DNA from: Betaproteobacteria bacterium
GTDB lineage: Bacteria; Pseudomonadota; Gammaproteobacteria; Burkholderiales; SG8-41
Direction of reading: 5' to 3'
Length of the DNA stretch: 34,633 nucleotides
Assembly (NCBI GenBank): GCA_043752435.1
Contig: JAYUYQ010000096.1
Location: 1-34,633 of the forward strand
The notes beneath the pieces are model-generated. The model was not told the DNA's origin. It saw nothing but the letters and a program-made list of their open reading frames with translations, and made no database searches. Both the position numbers and the translations under genes were made by a program. This document shows, one piece after another, positions 29,216 to 34,633 of the stretch. Numbering within the stretch: position 1 is the stretch's first letter; every line of letters starts with the position of its first letter.

Positions 29216-31570
29216 CTACGTTTGCAGGGCCCAGACGCCGTCCCAGTCCGCGAGAGGCGGGTTTTGGCGGTAAATCTCGCAACGCTCGAGATACAGTTGT
29301 GACGGCCGGTCGCTGGGACAGGCCTTGAGAATGTCCGCGAACAGCACGGCGGCGCGCTCCCAGGACCGGTTGCGGTAATGCGCCAACGCTTCCGCAAACG
29401 CGAAAATGACTTCGTCCAAATGCGGAAAACTCTCCGCGGTGTGATGTTCCAGCACCTCGCAGATGGCCACCGGTTTCTGCATGCCGCGTGCGCGGATCAA
29501 GTCCAGCTCACGCAACCGCAAGGGTTTGGGCAACCGCGCCGCGGTCGATTCACAGATCAGCACACTGGTGCCGTAATACTTGTTGGCGTTCTGCAGACGC
29601 TCGGCAAAATTGACGCGGTCGCCGATCACCGTGTACTCCAGCCGCCTCGGTGAACCGATGTTACCCGCGACCACGTCGCCGGTGCTGATGCCGATGCCGA
29701 TCCGGATCGGCTCGTGCCCGGCGGGGGCGCGGCGGCGGTTCAGTTCACCCAGCGCGACCATCATTTTGCTGCCCACAGTGACAGCGTTCTCCGCGTCCTG
29801 CTGTGTGGCACGCACCGAGCCGAACACCGCCATGATCATGTCGCCGATGTATTTGTCGAGGATGCCGTTGTGGGCAAACACGATGTCGACCATGTCGGTG
29901 AAATAGTCGTTGAGCATGGCCACGGTTTCGCGCGCGCCCAGCCGCTCCGACATGGTGGTAAAGCCGCGAATGTCCGAAAACAGCACGCTGACCTCGCGAT
30001 TGACACCACCCAGCACCGCGTCACCGCCTTCCAGCAGCTCATCCATCACCGCTTTGCTCATGTAGCGTGACATCGTGTTGCGCAGCCGCTTCTCGCGGGT
30101 GATGTCCTCCATGATCAGCATGGATCCGAGCTGCTCGTCGCGCTGATCCTGCAACGGCACCGCAGTCATATTCACCGACACCGCACGGCGCCCGTCCAGC
30201 ACCAGGTCGGAATCCACGGTGTTGTCGATTCTTCCGGTGCGCAGCACCTTGTCCAGGCTGTTGGTCACCCAGCTGTTGGGCCCGCCAAACACATCACCGA
30301 CCCTGCGGTTGACCATGTCCGGTTCGGCACGCTGCAGGATGCGCAGCGCCGACTGGTTGACCTTGCTGATCACATTACCCTTGTCCAGAGTCAGCACGCC
30401 GTTGCTCATGCTGCGCAGGATGCTTTCGTTGTAGTTACGCGCGTTGCTGACGTCTTCGAACAGTTGTGCGTTTTCGATGGACACCGCCGCCTGGGCGCAC
30501 AACGCGCCGAGGCGACGCTGGTCATTGGCAGTAAAAGAGCCCTCTTTCTTGTTGAGGATTTCCATCACGCCGACCTTGTTGCCGCCCTTGGTGGTGATCG
30601 GCATGCACAGAATGTTGCGGGTGCGATAACCCGTGCCCTTGTCCACCGCCGGATTGAACCGGGTGTCGCTGTAGGCGTCATCGATGGTAATGCGCGTGCC
30701 TTTGGTGAAACATTCTCCGGCGATGCCGGCGCTGGCGGGAAAGCGAATCTGCCGCGATGACTCACCGCCCGCGACGCGCGACCACAGCTCATTGCTGGCT
30801 GGATCGTAGAGAAACAGCGACCCACGGTCGGCATCCAGCAACTGGGTCGCGGCGGCAAGGATTTTCTCGAGCAGCGGATCGAGCAGGATTTCCGAGGTGA
30901 TCGAACTCACCACGTCGAGCAGCAGGACCTCTTCACGCTGAGAGCGCTCGACTTTCTCGAACATCCGCGCATTTTCCAGCGCGGCAGCAGCCTGCGACGA
31001 CAGCGCCTCCAGCGAATGCTGGTCCTCGGCGTCAAACGCGCCTTCGCGCTTGTTCAGCGCCTGTGTGACACCGATCACCACCAGTTTCTTGTTGCGGATG
31101 GGCACGCACAGGATGTTCCGCGTGTGATAACCGGTGTCGGTATCGACCTTGCGGTTGAAACGTGGATCAGCGTAGGCGTCGGGAATGATCTCGCCTTCGC
31201 CGGTGGTGAACACCGAGCCGGCGATGCCGCGGTCCGCGGGAAACCGGATTTCGCCCATTGCGTTGCCCTGCATTACGCGGGAAAACAGTTCTTTGGTCTC
31301 GGCATCGTAGAGAAACAGCGAGCTGCGTTCGACGTTGAGGGTTTCGGTGACCACCTCCATCAACCGCGGAAACAGCACGTCCAGCGAGAGGGTATCGGAC
31401 ACGCGGTTGGCAACATCGACCAGAGCAGTAGTACGACGTACCAGTTCGGTAATGCGGATCAAGAGCTGGGTTTTTTCAGAATCCGACAGGCCGCCAAGTA
31501 AACGCTCGATGTCGGTCTGCTGCAAACGCCGCTCCAGGATGCCGCGGATGATATCGAAGTCGATTTTCAT
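29216..31570 (-). CDS. Class III adenylate cyclase, GAF-GAF-PAS-cyclase-TPR-like
   Basis: Two GAF repeats (GIAG...DAY.D.RFN..VD..TGY.TRNILC.PI...NK..G.F), a PAS segment, then FSDIRGFT, DKYIGD and YTVIGDRVNFAERL. Confidence 0.92.
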   Translation of the reverse strand: MKIDFDIIRGILERRLQQTDIERLLGGLSDSEKTQLLIRITELVRRTTALVDVANRVSDTLSLDVLFPRLMEVVTETLNVERSSLFLYDAETKELFSRVMQGNAMGEIRFPADRGIAGSVFTTGEGEIIPDAYADPRFNRKVDTDTGYHTRNILCVPIRNKKLVVIGVTQALNKREGAFDAEDQHSLEALSSQAAAALENARMFEKVERSQREEVLLLDVVSSITSEILLDPLLEKILAAATQLLDADRGSLFLYDPASNELWSRVAGGESSRQIRFPASAGIAGECFTKGTRITIDDAYSDTRFNPAVDKGTGYRTRNILCMPITTKGGNKVGVMEILNKKEGSFTANDQRRLGALCAQAAVSIENAQLFEDVSNARNYNESILRSMSNGVLTLDKGNVISKVNQSALRILQRAEPDMVNRRVGDVFGGPNSWVTNSLDKVLRTGRIDNTVDSDLVLDGRRAVSVNMTAVPLQDQRDEQLGSMLIMEDITREKRLRNTMSRYMSKAVMDELLEGGDAVLGGVNREVSVLFSDIRGFTTMSERLGARETVAMLNDYFTDMVDIVFAHNGILDKYIGDMIMAVFGSVRATQQDAENAVTVGSKMMVALGELNRRRAPAGHEPIRIGIGISTGDVVAGNIGSPRRLEYTVIGDRVNFAERLQNANKYYGTSVLICESTAARLPKPLRLRELDLIRARGMQKPVAICEVLEHHTAESFPHLDEVIFAFAEALAHYRNRSWERAAVLFADILKACPSDRPSQLYLERCEIYRQNPPLADWDGVWALQT

Positions 31571-31594
31571 ATCCGCTGCATTCCCCGGGTTCGG

Positions 31595-33391
31595 CTAAAG
31601 ATCAGAGAGCCGGAGTTTGGCCAGTCCCGCGCCGCTTTTTTCGAACACCAGTATTTCCTCGGCGGTCAGCGGCTGGCTGACATGCGGACCCTGCACCCGC
31701 TCGCAGCCCAGTGCAAGCAGCGCCACCACCGTCTCCCCGTCGCCGACGCCCTCCGCCGTGAGCTGCAGTCCGAGATCACGAGCGAGGCGCACCAGTGAGC
31801 GAACAATTTTTCCGTGCAGCGCCGAACGCTGCATGTCATGCACAAACGAGGCGTGCAGTTTTAATTCATCAAACGGCAGTTGCGCCAGGTTACTCAGCGA
31901 CGATGCTCCGGTAGCGAAGTCGTCAACGCCCAGACGCAACCCGAGCCGCTTCAAACGCGTAAAAGCATCCCTCACCGGGCCCAGTTCACCGGCAATCGCC
32001 ATCTCGTGCACGCCAATCACCACCCGCCCCGGCGGCACGCCCCAAGTGCGCAATGCGCGGTCGACAAACTCCGGGAAATCCGGCTGCAGCAGACCGCTTG
32101 CCGACACTTTAAGCCCGAGTTTGCACTGCAGCCCGGCGCGCGCAAATTCGGCACTCTGGCGCAATGCATTGTTAAATATCCACCAGGTTACTTCACGCAC
32201 CAGTCCGGCGCTTTCGGCGGTCTCCAGCGCCTGCGCTTCCGACACCTCACCGAGTTCCGCATCCGTCCAGCGCAGCACACATTCCAGTCCGCCGATGCGG
32301 CCCGACTGCGCATCGAGCTGCGGCTCAAAAGCCAGCCCCAGCGTGTTCTGTTCCAGCGCGTGACGCATCCGCGTCTCATAACGCATCTGGCGTTCCTCGC
32401 TTTCACCATGGGCTGCGTCATAAACAGCGGTGCGTTCCGCGCCGCTGCGCGCAGCGCGCGCCGCCAGCTTGGCATTGCGCACCAGAGTCTGCGGATCCCC
32501 GCCGTGATCCGGATAAACCACGATACCGATGACAACATCCGTATCAAACGTGCGGTCACCGAGCGGAATCGGCGCCTCCAGCGCACCGAGGATCTTGTTT
32601 GCCGCGAGGATTGCCACGCCTTCACCGGCGATCCGCGGCAACAGGCAGGCAAACTGGTCGCGGCTGACGCGGCCGAGTTGATCCTGCTTGCGCAACACCC
32701 CTTCGCGCATGCGCCGCGTGACGCGCAGCATGAACGCTTCGCCCTTCTGCAGGCCAAGCTGGCGGTCAATCTGCTCGACTTTGCCGACTTGCAGCAGCAA
32801 CAATCCCAGTTGTTTACCGTCTTGGCGGTGGCTTTCGATGGTGGTTCGGAAAATCTCCATGAACGCCGCGTACTCCGGCGTCGGGAGAGTGCGCACCACA
32901 CCGCCCTCTCCCTGGCTGCGCGTCGCCAGTGAGGCCAGCAGCGCAAGTTGCAGGAAATTGAAACGTTGCAGCGCAAGCAGGTTTTCCGTGCACTGCGAGG
33001 CGTCGGCGGAGTACAGGCGCATGGTGCCGCGTGTCATCGCATCCTGGAAACGTTGACAATCCCGCCGCATGCGCTCCAGCGGTTCATTTTCAGCGTCCAG
33101 TGCCCACTCGCCCAGCGCGGCGTGGATGATCCCGGCATCGCTGCCGCCCGTAATCGCCTGGGCGGTGAACGCTGTGGCCAGCGTACCGGCCGCAGGCACA
33201 AATAAATCGGGTGCACGTTCGCTGACATCACGGAATATCGTGGCAACGCGAACCATGGTATCGGGACCAGCGCCAAATTCTTCGGCAAGGCGCACTATCA
33301 GCGCGCCCAGGCTGACTGCAGACGGCTCAGCGGCGGAAATAACCGCGTCGCCGCTATCAGAGGAAGAATTCAGAGGGGTCGATGGGGACAC
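31595..33391 (-). CDS. GGDEF-EAL protein with degenerate active sites and a helical N-terminal domain
   Basis: GGDEF fold with RKQD-x5-SRDQF, EAL fold with EPQ, ECVLRW, DDFATG, AEGV and QG. Start is uncertain (GTG at 33391 has GGAG 7 nt upstream). Confidence 0.85.
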   Translation of the reverse strand: MSPSTPLNSSSDSGDAVISAAEPSAVSLGALIVRLAEEFGAGPDTMVRVATIFRDVSERAPDLFVPAAGTLATAFTAQAITGGSDAGIIHAALGEWALDAENEPLERMRRDCQRFQDAMTRGTMRLYSADASQCTENLLALQRFNFLQLALLASLATRSQGEGGVVRTLPTPEYAAFMEIFRTTIESHRQDGKQLGLLLLQVGKVEQIDRQLGLQKGEAFMLRVTRRMREGVLRKQDQLGRVSRDQFACLLPRIAGEGVAILAANKILGALEAPIPLGDRTFDTDVVIGIVVYPDHGGDPQTLVRNAKLAARAARSGAERTAVYDAAHGESEERQMRYETRMRHALEQNTLGLAFEPQLDAQSGRIGGLECVLRWTDAELGEVSEAQALETAESAGLVREVTWWIFNNALRQSAEFARAGLQCKLGLKVSASGLLQPDFPEFVDRALRTWGVPPGRVVIGVHEMAIAGELGPVRDAFTRLKRLGLRLGVDDFATGASSLSNLAQLPFDELKLHASFVHDMQRSALHGKIVRSLVRLARDLGLQLTAEGVGDGETVVALLALGCERVQGPHVSQPLTAEEILVFEKSGAGLAKLRLSDL

Positions 33392-34607
33392 TGCCCTGCT
33401 CCAGCGTGCGTTTAATGCGATAGGGAACACCCGGTGCCGCCTTGGGTTCACTGGCGAGGTCGAGGATCAGTTGCGGGTTAAGCGGGGCCCCCTTGGCATC
33501 CAGCACCACCATCACCTTCGGCAGCAATCGCCGCACCAGGTTTTGCGCAATCACGATGCCCACTTCGCCGGAATTGAGTTCCACCAGGGCCCCGACCGGA
33601 AAAATGCCGATGCACTGGACGAACTGCTCGACCAGCGGGCCGTCGAACTGGACGTTACGCGTATTGTAGAGGTGATTCAGCGCGTTGGACGGCGAGTAGA
33701 TCTCCGCATACGGCCGCGGGTGAGTCATTGCATCAAAACAATCGACCAGGCCGGCGATCGAACCAAACAGGCCGATCTGGTCCGCTTTTAATCCTTTGGG
33801 GTAGCCACTGCCGTCGTAACGCTCGTGATGCAGCTCGACCAATGCCGACAGCTCGGGCGGCAATCCTGGTGTTTCCTTGATGATCGCCAAGGAATGGGCC
33901 ACATGGCTGCGGCAGACCATCAGCTCGACCTTCGACAGCGGCTCTTTTTTCGCGACCACTTCCTCGGGCACGACGGTCATGCCGACGTCCTGCAACAGAC
34001 CGAGCATGCCGAGGAGATCGAGTTGTTCGCGCGGAAGCTGCAGAAAGCGGCCAAAGGTCAGCATGTAAATGGACACACCGAACGCGCGGTCGAGGGTATG
34101 CCCGCCTTTCGCCTTCAACTTGGCCAGCAACATCATCGCGTCGGGGTTGCGCACGACGCTGTCAGTCATGCTGGTCACCGCCTCCCGCACCCGCGGTGCA
34201 TCCAGCGCCTTGCCTGCATGGACCGTGCCCATGATGTCTTTCAACACCACTTCGGTTTTCTGCTGGACCGTTCGCGCCACCGGCAACTCTTCGTCGACGG
34301 TCGCTTTTTCCTTGTAGACAACCTTGTTCTTGATCGTTGTCAGTACACTGGGACCCAGCGGCAGCGCCACCTTGGGCCGCGCGCCTTCACCCATACGGCT
34401 GGTCAGCAATTCGTTACGGTCAGGAAGGTCCGGTCCCTTATCGAGGTCGATGATGACTTTTTTGCAGTACTTTTTCAGGGCTTCGAGCTGCTTGTCGTTG
34501 TTGAGCACGAACCCCTGGTACATGAACGGGGTTTCCGTCCACGGGCGATCGAGTTCGGAGACAAAAACGCCGAATTCGAGTTTTTCTACGGGAACTTCTT
34601 TTTTCAT
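33357..34607 (-). CDS. HD-GYP domain protein (DUF3391-like N-terminus) with a degenerate HD dyad
   Basis: G.FVSELDRPW.ETPF.YQGF N-terminus, LLQDVG in place of LLHDIG, HHERYDGSGYP, FDAMT.PRPY and the GIFPVG.LVELNSGE tail. Confidence 0.88.
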   Translation of the reverse strand: MKKEVPVEKLEFGVFVSELDRPWTETPFMYQGFVLNNDKQLEALKKYCKKVIIDLDKGPDLPDRNELLTSRMGEGARPKVALPLGPSVLTTIKNKVVYKEKATVDEELPVARTVQQKTEVVLKDIMGTVHAGKALDAPRVREAVTSMTDSVVRNPDAMMLLAKLKAKGGHTLDRAFGVSIYMLTFGRFLQLPREQLDLLGMLGLLQDVGMTVVPEEVVAKKEPLSKVELMVCRSHVAHSLAIIKETPGLPPELSALVELHHERYDGSGYPKGLKADQIGLFGSIAGLVDCFDAMTHPRPYAEIYSPSNALNHLYNTRNVQFDGPLVEQFVQCIGIFPVGALVELNSGEVGIVIAQNLVRRLLPKVMVVLDAKGAPLNPQLILDLASEPKAAPGVPYRIKRTLEQGSVPIDPSEFFL

Positions 34608-34633
34608 TTTTTATGAAATCAATCCGCCGTCAC

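Overview
High-GC chromosomal window, most likely from a betaproteobacterium (inferred from gene order rplM-rpsI-argC-DUF6776-bactofilin-erpA / anmK-M23-tyrS and rpe-gph-trpEGDC / apaG-mltA, plus coq7). Most of it is housekeeping: 3' part of uvrA, pirin, pdxH, two transporters, SWIB and DUF72 proteins, two msrA, fbp, tyrS, anmK, erpA, argC, rpsI/rplM, coq7, the trp operon, rpe, apaG and mltA. No tRNA, rRNA, CRISPR array, transposase or integrase was seen. The unusual content is: (1) a three-gene cyclic-nucleotide locus in which a degenerate HD-GYP protein and a degenerate GGDEF-EAL protein with an intact I-site precede an intact CyaB-like GAF-GAF-PAS adenylate cyclase; (2) an unannotated Trp-containing leader ORF with an anti-Shine-Dalgarno helix and no intrinsic terminator upstream of trpE; (3) two different small repeats inserted in frame in coding sequences (an inverted REP-like doublet in uvrA and a 27-bp tandem unit in the mltA signal peptide); (4) a 40-aa membrane ORF nested antisense in a methyltransferase tail; (5) a beta-clamp motif on the DUF72 protein; (6) recurring IHF-like AT-rich sites. 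All product calls come from motif recognition by eye, not from database searches.
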